A stretch of DNA of 64,000 nt, from contig MU053493.1 in assembly GCA_013239625.1 (NCBI GenBank), positions 2,427,793 through 2,491,792 of the forward strand. The letters are read 5' to 3'. The notes beneath the pieces are model-generated. The model worked only from the letters and a program-made list of their open reading frames with translations. It was not told the origin of the DNA and made no database searches. Position numbers and translations under genes: made by a program. Numbering within the stretch: position 1 is the stretch's first letter; each line of letters begins with the position of its first letter. This DNA comes from Lama guanicoe (Eukaryota). Shown piece by piece: positions 1-13,400 of this stretch.

Positions 1-1830
1 CAAAACTAACATGTACTTAACCTTCTGACCTAGAGATCCCACTTCTAGGAAGTCGGTCCTGAAGAGAAACCTCCAACAATGTGATTGTGCGTGTGCACCA
101 GCTGCTCACAACCAGTACAACGTATGTAAGTGCACTACAGCAACTATCCAGGTGACCAAGCACCTGAGTGGAGGAGAAATTACAGCACATCCACACAATG
201 GAGGACTCTTAAGAGGTTCAAAAATAAAGCAAAGTGCAAAAACATCAACAGTGTTCCATTCTTCACACGAGAAAGAAGGGATTATAAGATTACACACATG
301 CATCTACTCATTTCTGCAAATTAGATCCAGAAATGATAAACCAGAAACTAAAGAAACTGGTTATTTACAGAGTAAGTCGGAACATGGTGGAAGAGAGAAG
401 AAAGTGGACTCAGGGTCGCAGGGATGAGGAAGTAAGGGCATGTCTGAGCATATATTGTTGTGCAGCTACGAACTACAGTAAAGTTTCACATATCCCCAAA
501 TAACAAGTATATAGTTAAAATCAACCAGGATGAGGTAGTGGTCCTGATGATGGGAACCAAAATGGAATACAACGGCAGCAAATAAACCTGTTACAAATGA
601 ATACCACAACTGAAGAGGACGGAAAAGAAAGTAACTGGAAAATAGTACTTTGACAGATACTCTAATGTGAAAGACAGAAAGATCTATACACAAATACTAT
701 ACTCTAGTTCTGTTTCTCACAGGGGTAGGATGGGTTAACTCACTAATTACAGGTACATCAGGACTAAACAAATAACTGAACAGACTCTAGACAAGGAGTT
801 GTTTCCTCACTGTCAGAGAAAGAAGTTACAAAAAAGGGGACGGCTAGACTGAAATGTGTTGAATAGGAACTGAGGTGTCCATCTAAACTCAAGGTTTTTA
901 GTACAAGTACAGATAACTAAACACATGAGGAAGAAGGGGCAGCTCTTCCTTGCAGAGTAATGCAGAAGAAATGAAAGAAATACAAAATCACTATTAGAGG
1001 AAAAGAACACAGTATTAAGTGCTGCAAGCAAGATCAAGGAGCATGACCAGTGGGCAAGGGTCTGGAGAGAAGCGATCTCAAAGTATCTGGCCCAAGACAT
1101 TTACCAATCACAGAGGGAAAACAGTACCTTGCGAAATGATCAAGGTTACCACACCAGTAGTAAAACATAAATATCACATACTCTTTCCTTAATCTGATGC
1201 ATAACCTCAATCTAATCACAAGGCAGTGTCAGACAAACCCAAAAAGGAACAGTCACATTTACAGGGAACAGGACAAAAACTGTAACTATCACAGGGGAAG
1301 CAAGCACCGAAATCCAGACTAAGAAATTCTACAGGACAAACAATTCTGTTTCTCACCAATACAACTGCAACGAGGGTGGCAAGGACAAAGACACACACAG
1401 AGCGAGATGGGTGAACCTTATCGTCTAAGAGGCTTAGCAGACATACCAATCACCATGGGAGGACTTGATTTGGATCCTGATTTTTTAAAAAACACATTAA
1501 AAAAAGAAAGTTGATATTTAAGACAATTAGAAACTTGACATTGACTAAATGTTGGATTTTTGATTTAGAATTTAAAGTGTGATAATGGTAATACAGTTTT
1601 TTTTTAAGAGTTCTTATCTTTTAGAGATATAGACTCAAACATTAGCCGATGAAAACACATGCCTGGTATTTGCTTCAAAGTAACGGGACAGAGGATACAA
1701 CGGGCAGATGTAGAGAGGGAATGAGACTGGCTGTGAACTGGTAACCACACCTTGTGCAGGGACTGTAGGGATTCACTATACTCTTCATCTACTTTTGTGT
1801 GGACTTGAAAGTTTTCCACTTAAGAAAAAG
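1..1830 (+). mobile_element. Old L1 (L1MC/L1ME-like) 3' region fragments
   Basis: L1-type motifs (gacctagagatcccacttctagga; ggggattcactatactcttcatctacttttgtgtggacttgaaagttttcc), highly diverged. Confidence 0.6.
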
Positions 1831-2326
1831 GAAGGTAATTTGAGGAGACTAGAAATTAATTACTGAATCTAGGAAAGACCCAAACCAAGACTTCTGCTCC
1901 CAAGATGCAGGCCACAGAGCACATTTTCCACAGGCTGGATTCTCCACAGCGGCCTCCTCTTTGAGGGAAGAAAGATGCAGCTAGACCTGGGGGTGCACGA
2001 GTGCGTTCTGGGAGTCCTGGGCTGAATTTAGCCTGGTCTGTTACCAGGAAGTGAGCCCAGAGTAAAAACGGCACCTCTCGTCTAGGAGGGGCGGGCATCA
2101 GATACGAATCAGAGAACCAGCAGGCAAATGTGTTCGAGATGCTGTCAGTGAAATCAAAGGAGAGGGAGAGGGACAGGGAGCTTGAAGCCGAGTTTGGACC
2201 TCACTTCTAGGCTCAGGATGAGGAAAAGAGCTGGGATGGGGCAGTGAGGAAACTCCGGTCTGCCCACTTCTGCCTCACAGCTGCTGGGACAGCGTAACCA
2301 GTCAGGCAGGAAGTCCAACCACAGCT

Positions 2327-2687
2327 GTGGCTTCTGAAGATCTAGAAAGAGCCTGTGGAACCAGAGGTGGCAGCTCACGGAATCAGAATTACCTTCACCA
2401 GCCACCGCCTAAAATCTCAGGGGAAGGTATGCGCTGACTTGATCAAAGGCACAAAGACTCTAGAAGTAACAGGACCAGCTCAGCTGCATACCAAGCCTGA
2501 GAGTAACTACGGGGAACATTCCTGTGGTGAAGGTTCTAAGACTTGCAGTTGTTTTCAGATGGGGCTCCTTCAAGGAGATTACTACATCCATTGGTCCTGA
2601 GCCAGGAGTCAAGACTGAAGTTACTGCTGCAGATGCTTAAATCAACCTTTTTAACAAATTGATAATCAGTTGTTAAAAAACAAAAAA
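2327..2687 (+). pseudogene. RPS20: Processed pseudogene of ribosomal protein S20 (uS10)
   Basis: Translation EPEVAAHGIRITFTSHRLKSQGKVCADLIKG...CGEGSKT...FQM...EPGVKTEVTAADA* resembles RPS20 ([32 protein letters not shown]...CGEGSKTWDRFQM...EPGVEVEVTIADA). It is intronless, the ATG has become GTG, and it has frameshifts and an internal deletion. The stop at 2638-2640 is followed by a short 3'UTR and an A-rich tail. Confidence 0.93.
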
Positions 2688-3362
2688 GCAATTGGCAGAG
2701 ACTCTAAGTGCATGAGGGTTGGAGGTGGGGACGCTTTCCAGGTAGAGAAAACAGCATGTGCATGAGCCCGAGGGCAGGAAAGCGCTTTTTTCATTCAAAC
2801 CACACTTGAGAGTTTATTCTATGCCAGACACTGTGTTAAGCTCCATGATAAGAGGACATGTTAACGTGGCCTCTGTGTTTTTGGAGCTCACAGCCTAACA
2901 TGAGAATCGGACAGTCCAAAACTCTCAGAACTGCATGTACTGTCACAGGCTTAGATCAAGGAAAGGAAATGAGTGCCCTGAGAGCAACTCAAGAGGAATC
3001 TGGCAGGAAGCTCCGTACCTGCTGGGAACTAAAAACAGCACAGCCCAGTGTGAGGACAGAGACCAAGGGGGAGAAAGAGGCAAGTTGAGGCCAGAGGGGT
3101 CTCTGGGGCCAAACAACCCTATAGCACTTTACTGATCGTATTATACATGCTGGTCTTTTACTTCTAAAGGCAATGAGCCTAGAAGTCCTAGGATAAGTAT
3201 TTGTACCGGGGCAAAGGGTACTCCCCAAACTTGGATTTTGAGATCATTTTAGAAAGAAAGATCATTTTAGAAAGGGGGGTGACGGGGCATGACACTACTT
3301 AGGAGGCACTATAGGAATACATAGAATACAGTGGGTGTATGGGCCTATGTGTTCGGGGGAGT

Positions 3363-3398
3363 AGTGTGTATGTGCGTGCGTGCGTGCGTGCGTGTGTG
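3363..3398. repeat. (TG)n/(TGCG)n microsatellite
   Basis: tgtgtatgtgcgtgcgtgcgtgcgtgcgtgtgtgt. Confidence 0.85.
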
Positions 3399-4129
3399 TT
3401 TGGGAGGGGGGTGTAAATGGTAGAAACAAATGGATGGAACAAGTGGAGAGACGAAGTGCTCAGAAGGTAAAAAAATGAACAGAATAGAATCATTTATCAT
3501 ATCGGATGAGTACCCCAAATGAGCCAGGTGCACTGAGTTTGGCTAGTCCTTAATCTCTATTTCCTGATTCATCAGACTAAAGACTGCATCTCTTACTTAA
3601 TGCTATTGTAATAAAATTTTCAGAACTATGTCAGGAGCTCAAGGACCTTCTCTGAAACCACAGAACATACTGCTGATCTGGCACTCAACCTACAGGCCAA
3701 ACTCTGTCCAGTATAAAATAAATACATATACATAAATCAGGTTAATGTTTGTACAAGTGTGCACAGAAATGCCCAATTCCTACATGCCTCTTTTCTGATA
3801 TTAAGATGGGCTTCACTTAAAATGTTTTTAAAAGACATAGCTAAGATAATGGCTCACTCTATTCTGAGTGCTGTGCTAAGTGTACAACAACCCTGCATTT
3901 TACGGATGCAAAACCACTATCAACTGATAGACTCAAGATAAAGACTCCAGAACCTAAACCCGTAAAGTGACAAAGACTTAAGGGTTATTCGGTGGTAACC
4001 TCTTCAGTCCTTATATTACTTGATCTCTCTGCGCAGGATCTGGCCTGTCAACAGACAAGGTCCCTCTCCTAAAACTCTCTGTCTACCTCCTGATGGCCTT
4101 TCTCTGTGCCCTACACTCAGACCTCATTC

Positions 4130-4900
4130 AAATTAAGAACCTGTATACACCAAAAGACCATTAAGAGGACCACCAGATTGGGAAATATCCCTACAATGCA
4201 TATAATCAACCAGCTTTTATCAAAAAAAAGAAAAGTAAATCAGTAAGAAGACAATCAATCCCAAAGAAAAATAGACAAAAGACTGGAACAAAGCATAAAC
4301 ACGGAAAGTTGCTCAATCAACTTCATCTGGTCAAAAACTGCAAATTAAAATTACAATGAGACTTACTAAAGACCAATTATAAAGGCTAAAATTAAAATGT
4401 CTGATAATAGCAAGTTTTGGTGAAAGTGCAGAGCAACAGAAACTCTCATTCGCTATGATGCAGAGTGTAAACTGGTACAATCTCTTCGGGAGAGACATTA
4501 TTTACTAAAATTGAAGACACTCTAAATCCAGCAGCAATTCTATCCCTAAATACATGTCTTAGAGAAATATGTGCATATGTTACCAAGAGACATGCACAAG
4601 TGTTCAACGAAACATTATTCTTAACAGCCCAAATTAGTAAATAACCTAAATGTCCAACAACAGTAGAACAAACTGGTATATTCATACAAGAAAATACTAA
4701 ACAGCAACGAAGATGAATGAATTCACATGCAACAACGGAGAGGCAAGGGGGGAAGCTTCTGAGGAGATGGCAATATTCTACTCCGTGATCTGGGTGGTGT
4801 TTACATGGGTGTTCACCACGTAGCAATTTATTAATGTACATTTGCTTTATGTACTTTTACACAGGTGTTATTATTTCACAGTAAGAAGACATAAAAAGTG
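4130..4900 (+). mobile_element. Old L1 (L1ME-like) ORF2 end and 3'UTR
   Basis: Motifs gcaaattaaaattacaatgag, ccagcagcaattctatccctaaatac and acctaaatgtccaacaacagtagaa. Confidence 0.7.
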
Positions 4901-7900
4901 AAGTCAGCTGGCAGCTTGTAAGTCAGGGTAATTTACATCAACTCTGTATTTACAACTGGTTCCGAAAAACTGGCAGATCAGGCCTGCCCTCCTCCAGGCC
5001 CACATCAGCTGGAGCTGGGCCACACCTCCCTCTGTCAGATCAGCCTGTGCTCTCGGCCCAATGCCACAGCACCCTCTCTTCCGCCTTCATGATTCATGCT
5101 ACACGTCCGGTCTGAGACTTGCCCAACTCGCCCAACGACATTCCACACAGACACTCCTTTCTCCCTGACAGTCCTTTACAACCCATGATCGTAAAAGCAT
5201 GTGCATGTATGAGTTACATAGCACAAAAGCAAGTGTGCGATTAGCTAGACCACGTAAATTTAACTTTAGATTCCTCACCTATAAAAGAGATTAGAGCAGC
5301 ACCTGAAAGAATTAAGGTTAGATCAGATAAAGAAAATAAAACACTTAGTACTGGTCACAGAATTGGCACTCAGTCTTAGGAGGCTATTCTTTATTAGTAA
5401 TACACACTTGTCATATTTACAACTCCAGTGAAAATCTGCTTGCCATGGCCACTGTCTTCTGATTTTACAGGAAATACAGCATCAGAATAGGGGCCGGTAT
5501 ACATCTGTTTAATTAAATATTCCAGTATGTTATCACGGTTTTTAAAAAAACAGTAAGTAAATCTTCCAAAGTTCCTTTACATGACACCGCTGGGAAAGAT
5601 TTCCTACAATTCAATACTTGAAAAGTAGGTTGGTATTTACTTGCTTTTGCCAAAGCACATATTTCTCCCTTGTGGCTTTTGCTGATCTGATCACTGTCAA
5701 CTAAAGGGATCCCTATACCACGGAGTATGAAAATATGAAAATACACTTTAAGATGATGGATTGCTAAGACCTTTTAAGTCACAAAATGCCTGCAAAATTA
5801 AAACTGACTTTTCAAGGTGAACATCATATGAACATCAAAAACAGCTTACTACCTTTCACATAGTTTAGTGATCCAGTGACTAGCCAACGCATTTATCTAA
5901 TTCTTGTCCCTCAGACAAGTATACACATTTTTCTCCAAAACCTACAAAAGTCTAGTTCAAACTATCTTTTCCAGAAGCCAATCTGGCAGTAAGCCCTCAT
6001 AAAATGGAATACTCTGAATATCATCTGTGAATACAACCAAGCGAATGAACCAGTTACCCACACATCGACCATCTCACAAACACGATACTGAGCAAAAGAA
6101 GCCACACACAACAGAATCTGTCCTGGAAGACTCTGTAAAGTTCACAGGCGAACTACAGTGTTAATGGAATGCACAATTAAGTGTCAAAACTATAGGGGAA
6201 AACTAGAAAAGAAGCACTATAGAAGACAAGATAGGTGTACTCTTTGGGGAAAGGAGGGTATGACCCAGAAATGGCACGGCAGGGATTCCAGCACGCACCA
6301 CCATGTACAGTATTTTGTTTGTCGCTTTCTGCCCACTTGGCTAATGTTCCAGGAGCACAGTACAGCGATATGCTCACTACTCTATTCTAGCACGTAGGAC
6401 AGTGCCTGGTACAGACTAGGCTGGCAAGAAATATCTGCTAAATATAGAATACAGTTTCAAAAATCCAAGTTGTTAGGTATTTCACAGCCTGTTAGACCCT
6501 AAATCTAACAGTAACAGCTGGCTTACTGTCCATTTTCCACGTCAGTATATTCAAGGAGTTATAAGCCAATTCTAATTACTTCATAATTCTTAATCTTTTT
6601 CTCCTACTGAGATACTTTAACTAAAGGCATGCATACAACCCTTTATGAATGTACCCAGATTCAAATGAAACATTTTTTTCAGAAATGAACAAGGAAAATG
6701 GAGGAAACTCATGTGTCACAGCAAGCCCGGGCCCTGGGTATGATTCCAGCACCTTCCCCAGTCACCAAAGCACACCAGGATGTCGCATTAGGATACAATG
6801 GCCATAAGTGTGCTCATATTTATTTTAAGATTAAATTAAGCAAATTCTTCGGATCTTAAAAATGAATTACACATTTCACAACTGATCACAGTATACAGCA
6901 GCTGGAAACTACAAGCTTTTAGGGGTCAAGGGTCCAAAACAAAATGTGTTCAATGCTTGTTGAACTAACAAAAAGAAGGTCATTACTGATATCCTCCTGA
7001 ATTTTAGAATAATAGAAAGCAATCATAAACTAAGTTTAATTCAGTCATCAGAAACGGTGTACAAATCCCAAAGACTACTGGTGACCATTCAAAAAAGTGA
7101 AAATTCTTCAAATAACCTAGGAGAAAAAATGAACTTTCTCTCTCTGAAAATGTATACTATTTTTAAAAAACAAAAACAGTAAATATTTCAGCAAATCAAA
7201 AAAAAATTTTTTAATTTAAGCCAAGTATATATACTGATCTTCTGTTCCTAGTTAGTCTCCATGTAAAATAAGGAACCAGAACAGTCAGGTCTTCATCTCC
7301 CTTCTGGGCAGGATAAATTGGAATGATGGAGGTCACTCATCAGTTGATTTACTTCCCCGCATTCTACCAGCATCAAAGAGGCAGGATGTCCTCACCCAGA
7401 ACTGAAGCACATCTGCAACACCATCAAAACTGATCCTTCCATCTATCCTAAAGTTCAGGGCTCCCTGAGATTCCATAATTAATACTAACTGTATGACAGT
7501 CAGAGCTGGTTATTAAACCTCAAATGGTGTTTTACCGTATGGTCTTTGGCAACTTTGGTTTTCCCATGTTAAAACAGTGCTCTGTGGTGTATCATTCAGA
7601 GTCCCTTCTTTTCATCCATTTTTAGGATATAAAATGAAATTTCCTACCCATGTAATCACCACACACTTCTCATTAAGAATTTATCTCTTTAAGAAGGAAT
7701 GGAAATAAAGCACCTGGCTAACCCATTAAGGAGCAACCTGAAGCCACTCTTCTCTGCAATAAATAAATTAAGAAGCCCTCTAGGTCAGAGACAGCAAAAG
7801 GTCTATTTTTATTGCCGGCTTACATTAGAAATACTGTACTGAAACACGCCAATTTTAGATTGCATTTAAAACTCAGTGAACTGTCCTAATGTTCTCTTTC

Positions 7901-9934
7901 TACAAGATTAAGAGTTGTTAAACAAAGAATCGTCTTTTGAAATTCAGAGATGCAAAGCAAGTTCTCGGCAAACATTTCTGAAATAACATACTAGGCATAA
8001 ACTATCTTTTAATCTTCTTTAACATCTGATCAAAAACTCTGCTTATTAATAAAGAAGAGCTCTGCTCATTCCACCAGCTAGTCTTCAGCCCCACTCAACC
8101 CTGAGTGCGTACACACTACCCAAGCCTGGCAGGAGCTGTGACTGGCAGACACGGGAGGGTGGGACCACACTTGGATTTACAGCCGGGCTCCTGGTCTCTC
8201 ATTAGACTGAATTTTTATCATGGCAGAGCTATGTCAATGAACAGGACTGTGTTTCCAAATTTTTCACCACAGTTATTATTTTTAATAACATTTCCCTTAG
8301 CATCATGGTGGTCTGTCTTACTTATACTCAGTTTTATTCTTAGAACTGTACTGAGTTTATCTTTGGTCTCTAAATAGAAAAAAGACTAAAGAGCAAGTAA
8401 CAGTCAGGGCCAGTACATTGTTACCAGGATTGGGGGGGGGTGAAACTACTGTAATCTTTTTCCTTCAAACCAAACAGGAAACCGTACTATATACACTACA
8501 TGACAGCTCTCAAAGCCACAGATTTTTGGTTTCAATCTCATTATTTGTTGGTGTGGATGGCTGTCTTTATCACTCGCTGACAGCAATCAGTAGGCAGAGT
8601 CTTTCTCGACTATGAAATAAATGTTCACTTTGCAAGTTTCTAACATGAAAACATCAGTATTCTTTTAAAAAGAAAGAAAAGTAAATAGAGTCTTTCCTAG
8701 CAATGTAGGACCATCTGTACCACTGCTCAATCTGGGGGGGAAAGCACTGTATAATTTGAAAAATACCTGTCTTACGGAGCTGTCCTAAAATGAACCCGAG
8801 TTGTAAATGTGGTCAGGATTATCAATCAAGTACATAAATGACAGTCTTAGCCACAAGTGTCTAAAATGCCAAACATGCTAACATGAAAAGTTAAATGCTT
8901 CTGCCTTAAATACTATAAAAATATTTCTAGTGACAAGTACTGTACAAACTTGTCAGGTACAGAAAAATGTTACTACAGTGGAGCTCATTAAAAGTTGGCA
9001 GACACAATCAGGTGAATTCTCATAAAGTGCACTGAGTTTTTAGTTTACCTTTACAGCAGTATGAAGCAAATTCGTACCGATCACTCAGCATCAAAATTAA
9101 AAGTACGTCATAACAGCCACTCAGGACACAATTCCTATCTACAAGGACTAATTTTGTAACTAGTTTTGTTCATTTAGCTATGTTTTACAGTTCTTAACTT
9201 TCAAAAGTTCAGCTATTAAGAAAAGTCCATTGTGCCTTCCTTGATACAATAAATCAATTCCTGAGAAGTGGTGTATATACTTTCCATACTAAACTACATT
9301 ATAATTCCTAGAAATAATCATGGGAAAAAAAATGTGTTCCCAAGACATACTGGAAATTCTTAAGCAGCAAAATCTAATAAGCATATATAACAGCATAATC
9401 TTAAATTTTATCTCTTCCTTTCAAGTGAAACAGTTTGAAAATCCAGAAGTCACTGCACTACCTCCAGCCACTTTCCATGATTCAACCAACGGAAATGTTC
9501 CTAATAACTATTCATATCATTTTCTTACATTATTAAACAATTCCCTGGTGAGACTGAGAATCATCCTCAAATTCCTATTTTCAACTTTTGAATAATTTTG
9601 TATAAGGTACACTGGTAATTCTGTTTGCAATTCAAATGTGTATCACACACATAAAAAAATTTTCCTTTATTATTTAAGTTAGTATCATGTCCAGAGAAGC
9701 CCTTTCAAACTCAGGTATATTTTTTTAAAAGAGCATCCTATATGATTTATCTCATTTGTACTTTTTCAAACATCGGATGGGGGGAGGAGGGAAGCACTGT
9801 GGCCTAAGGCAGAAAGCTAATTTTTTTTTTTTAAGGATAACCAAAAGTCCCAGCACTATTTACTGAATAACCCATCTTTTCTCCAGTAACCTACTGTGGT
9901 ATTTTTATCATATATTCTTAATTTTCCCTCTTGC

Positions 9935-10095
9935 TGGCTGAATGAATTTAGGTAAGTTACTTTACTTCTGTTTCAACTTCCTCATCCATAAACTGGGGAT
10001 AATAATAGTGCTCAGTTCACAGGGATACTCTGAGAATTAAATAAGTTAATTCATGCCAAGCACTTAGAACAATACCTGCCACACATTAAATGCTG
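9935..10095 (+). mobile_element. MIR SINE
   Basis: MIR core: ttcctcatccataaactggggataataatagt...aagcacttagaacaatacctgccaca. Confidence 0.75.
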
Positions 10096-12049
10096 ATGAT
10101 CGTAATCACTAATGGCTCATAAATACATGGATGTTTGTGGACTCTGTGATCCCAATGTCCATTCCTGAGCTGAAATACTGCTTTACATTACTTTGCATTT
10201 GTAACTCATTAGGTTTTCTAATAAGGTCTCCTTTTCCCAAAATTTCATGGCTATCATTATTTTCTCAGATAAACCTTATCAATATGTCACGTTTTCTACA
10301 ACAGCACACTGGAATTCTATTTGGAATTATATTAACATTTATACATCAACTCGAGGCAATTTGGTATATTCTACAATAGTGATTCTCCCCATTTGGAAAG
10401 TGTATTTTCTCATCTCATTTATTGATGTTTTGTTTTACAGCCTTCTTTAAAATTAGGTAATTTACCAACAAGTGTTACATTCACTTCTAGGTACAACCTT
10501 TTCGGAGAAAGATTCAGTGGTGAATATCAAAATTTTAAAAGCACATACCCTATGACCCAGAAATTCCATTTTTAAGACTCTGACATACAGTAACACCATA
10601 CAAGCCAAGATATAAAAGTATAAGGCTACTTATTACAACAACAAAATCCTGGAGAAAAGTTAAATGTCCACCAATAAGGCAATAATGACCCTTAGAGCAG
10701 AGTTCTACAAACTATTATGCTAAAAACAAAGACAGCAAGCTGCAAAATTAATGTCTTCATTTTTCTTAAAACTGAGGAGCGGGGGAAACTAAAACATTGT
10801 ATGTAAAGTGTTGAGGACACAGCCTGGTTCTTATTAAGCATTTTAATCCCCTTAAAAAATGAAATATGACTCGATTAACTGGTTGAACATTATTTCATTT
10901 CACCTATTTTTCATGGCCTGCCTGCTCTACATAAGATTTTACGGTGGTCCCATAATTAGGCTTAAAAAAAATTAAGTTTTCAATTCACATTTTACTCACA
11001 AATATTCAAGAATGCAAAAGTCCCAACAATGTAATGTGTAACTGATGATACTTTTCAATATGCCATAGAAATCTCTATACCATAGTTCAGTAGGAAAAGT
11101 ATGACTCCTTCTAAATCATCTTACTCTGGCAATATGTTGAAAATTTATTTCTCTCCAGATCTAAAATAACCTTTTTAGAGTGTATGGTCTTGGATTATCA
11201 AGTGCCAGGGATCCCACTACAGGAACAAAGTGACATTCTCTGTAATATGGAAACAAAGACTTTCCTCCTAAGAAAGGAAATCCCAGAATAGGTAAATAAT
11301 ATGAGCTTATTTTAAAATCACACAGAATTTTGCCTTTTAGTCTAAATCTCGAGATCAAGTTTTATCATTGGATTGTTCTTCATCGATGTAAGGTCAAAAA
11401 GGTACACGTAAAGTTTTCTCAAAGGGAAAACACTAAATTCCTTAAAAGAATTTATTCACTAACTTCTGCCAGCCAGAAAACAAGGTCTGGAGTTCAGAAA
11501 CTTCAGAGCCATATTATACCATATTAATAAGCATTTCAAGCAAAAAACAGATACATAAAACCACTGCCTCCTGAAGTACTTCACTACTGTTTGAAATAAT
11601 GAATCGATTTTTAAGGGAGAAGATTTTTACTTTTCACATTTCTGTATTTCCCAACTGTTTAAAAGAGCAGGTACTATTTTACGATGAAAATGTGCAAAAG
11701 AAGAGGAGAATATTACCTGACTTTTCAGCTTTTTTATATAACTTACAAGTTGGTTTCAAAGCACTGAGAAAATGGCACAATACTTCAAAGAACATGGAAA
11801 AACTAATAGGAAAAAGTTACTTTTCTGATGAACCCATAAGTTCGCTAATTTCAATTTTTAAGAGTTCATCTTAGGGTTCATTTGTAGGGGTATTCCGTGT
11901 TACTTTTGAAAGTTTAATTCAAAGTAAACTATTACAAAGTGTTAATGAGGTTAATTTTTTTCCACTTAAATAAATAATTTTTACCCTAAATAAATAAGAC
12001 AGCATGAAAAGAAAAAAAAAACCAAACCAACCTACTACACACAAGCCGA

Positions 12050-13400
12050 GCGTTTTGCTGTCTTGGTGTCTTATCGCTGCCACGCGCATACCAGCGAGAG
12101 TGACATCAGAGTGAAACTGCACGGTTTCGCCGGGGACCAACCACTCCCGCAAGGACGGCAGAACCCGGTCGCGGGAGGCGGCACCCGAACCCTGACCCCG
12201 GACCCGTGAGCTCGCGCCGGGACCCGCGGTGCCCACTCCCCAGCTCCTCGCCGCCCGACCTGTTGCGCGCCCCGCCCGCCGCCACGGTGAGCCGGGGCCA
12301 GAGCCGAAGCCGGGCCGGGCGCCCACGGCGATGCACCTGCCCCAGCGCCGGCCCTGCGCCCGCCGCCCCTTCCCGGGCCCCTAGCCGCCCTCTCCCGCCG
12401 CCCGACCGCCCGCCGCCCCAGGCCCTGCCGCCGCCTGCGGGCAGGAGGGTGGGCCCGGCGGCCCCGAAGGCGCTCACCTTGGCTGCCGCGGCCCTGGCGG
12501 ACATCTTGTCTCCCTCTGGAGCCGCGCGAGGCTCCCGGACCCGAAACTCCGCGCCACGGGCCAGCCGGCTCCTCACGCCGCGGCCCAGATAAACATCTCC
12601 CGAGAGCGAGCGGGGTGGGGCGGGGGCGGCAGGGAGGCCCAGCCCACGGGGAGGGACTCAACTCGGACAAAAGTCCGGGCAGCGCCGCCCGCTCGGTTTC
12701 CTCACGGGTGCGCCCGGCCGGCGCCTCCCTCCAAGCGCGGTCCCCGCACGGCCTCCCGCCGCGCTCGCGCCTCGGAAGCCGGCTTCCGCACGTAACCGCC
12801 CGGGAACGAGCCGCGGGGAAGGGACGTGGCGTCGGCGGGGGGAGCGGGCGCCGGCAACCGCTGGCGGCCACGCAGACCTGCCGGCCCGGCCGGCACACTG
12901 AGCATGCCCGGCCCGGCGGGGCGGGGCCAGATGCGGGGCGGGGCCGCAGGTGGGCGTGGTTGGAGTGGGACGGGGCCATCAACGGGGTGGGGCGAGCCGC
13001 CGGGTCCCGCTTCCTCCCCGGATCCCACCCTAGGCGCGGAAGGAAGAGCCCAGTTTCCGAAGTAACTTGGCGGAAACTGAGTTTCCGGCGGCCTGCGAGT
13101 CTTCCTGTTTGTTTGCATCAAAGGTCCGGCAAGAATCGCCCCCAGGAGAACGGCCCTGAGTTGTGCACGTGCCCCTCGAGGAGCCAGGCCGGGGGGGCGG
13201 CGGGCTGGGCGGTCACAGCGGGTACCGGACGCGGGGAAGAACCGCTGTCACGGCTGCGTTCCGCTGTTCCCTGAGGCAGATAAGTCTCTGTAAAGTGCGT
13301 CCTGGCTTCGTCTCCGAGAGCTCTCGCGCTCGGAGCACCGGCTGTCCTAGATCTGGTCTGAGGTCACGGGCAACCCTAGGCAAGCAGTCCTGGCCCACCC
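12050..13400. promoter_or_regulatory. TJP1: CpG island: TJP1 promoter and 5'UTR
   Basis: Very GC- and CpG-rich against an AT-rich, CpG-poor background. Contains GC boxes (ggggcgggg near 12617 and 12935) and CGGAA ETS-like cores, and surrounds the start codon. Confidence 0.92.
12478..12504 (-). CDS. TJP1: Tight junction protein ZO-1, first coding exon (MSARAAAAK), phase-0 donor
   Basis: Minus strand reads gagacaagATGTCCGCCAGGGCCGCGGCAGCCAAG|gtgagc. The peptide matches the known ZO-1 N-terminus (MSARAAAAK-STAMEETAIW...), the Kozak context has A at -3, the donor is canonical, and the exon sits in a CpG island. Confidence 0.95.

Larger units (their letters stand above)
1..12477 (-). other. TJP1: TJP1 intron 1 (partial; continues beyond the left edge of the window)
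   Basis: GT donor at 12477-12476. No sequence encoding STAMEETAIWEQHTVTLHR (exon 2) was seen in 1-12476. Confidence 0.85.

Noticed and set aside
3241..3274. Direct repeat agatcattttagaaag x2
   Set aside because: A simple local tandem duplication with no further structure.
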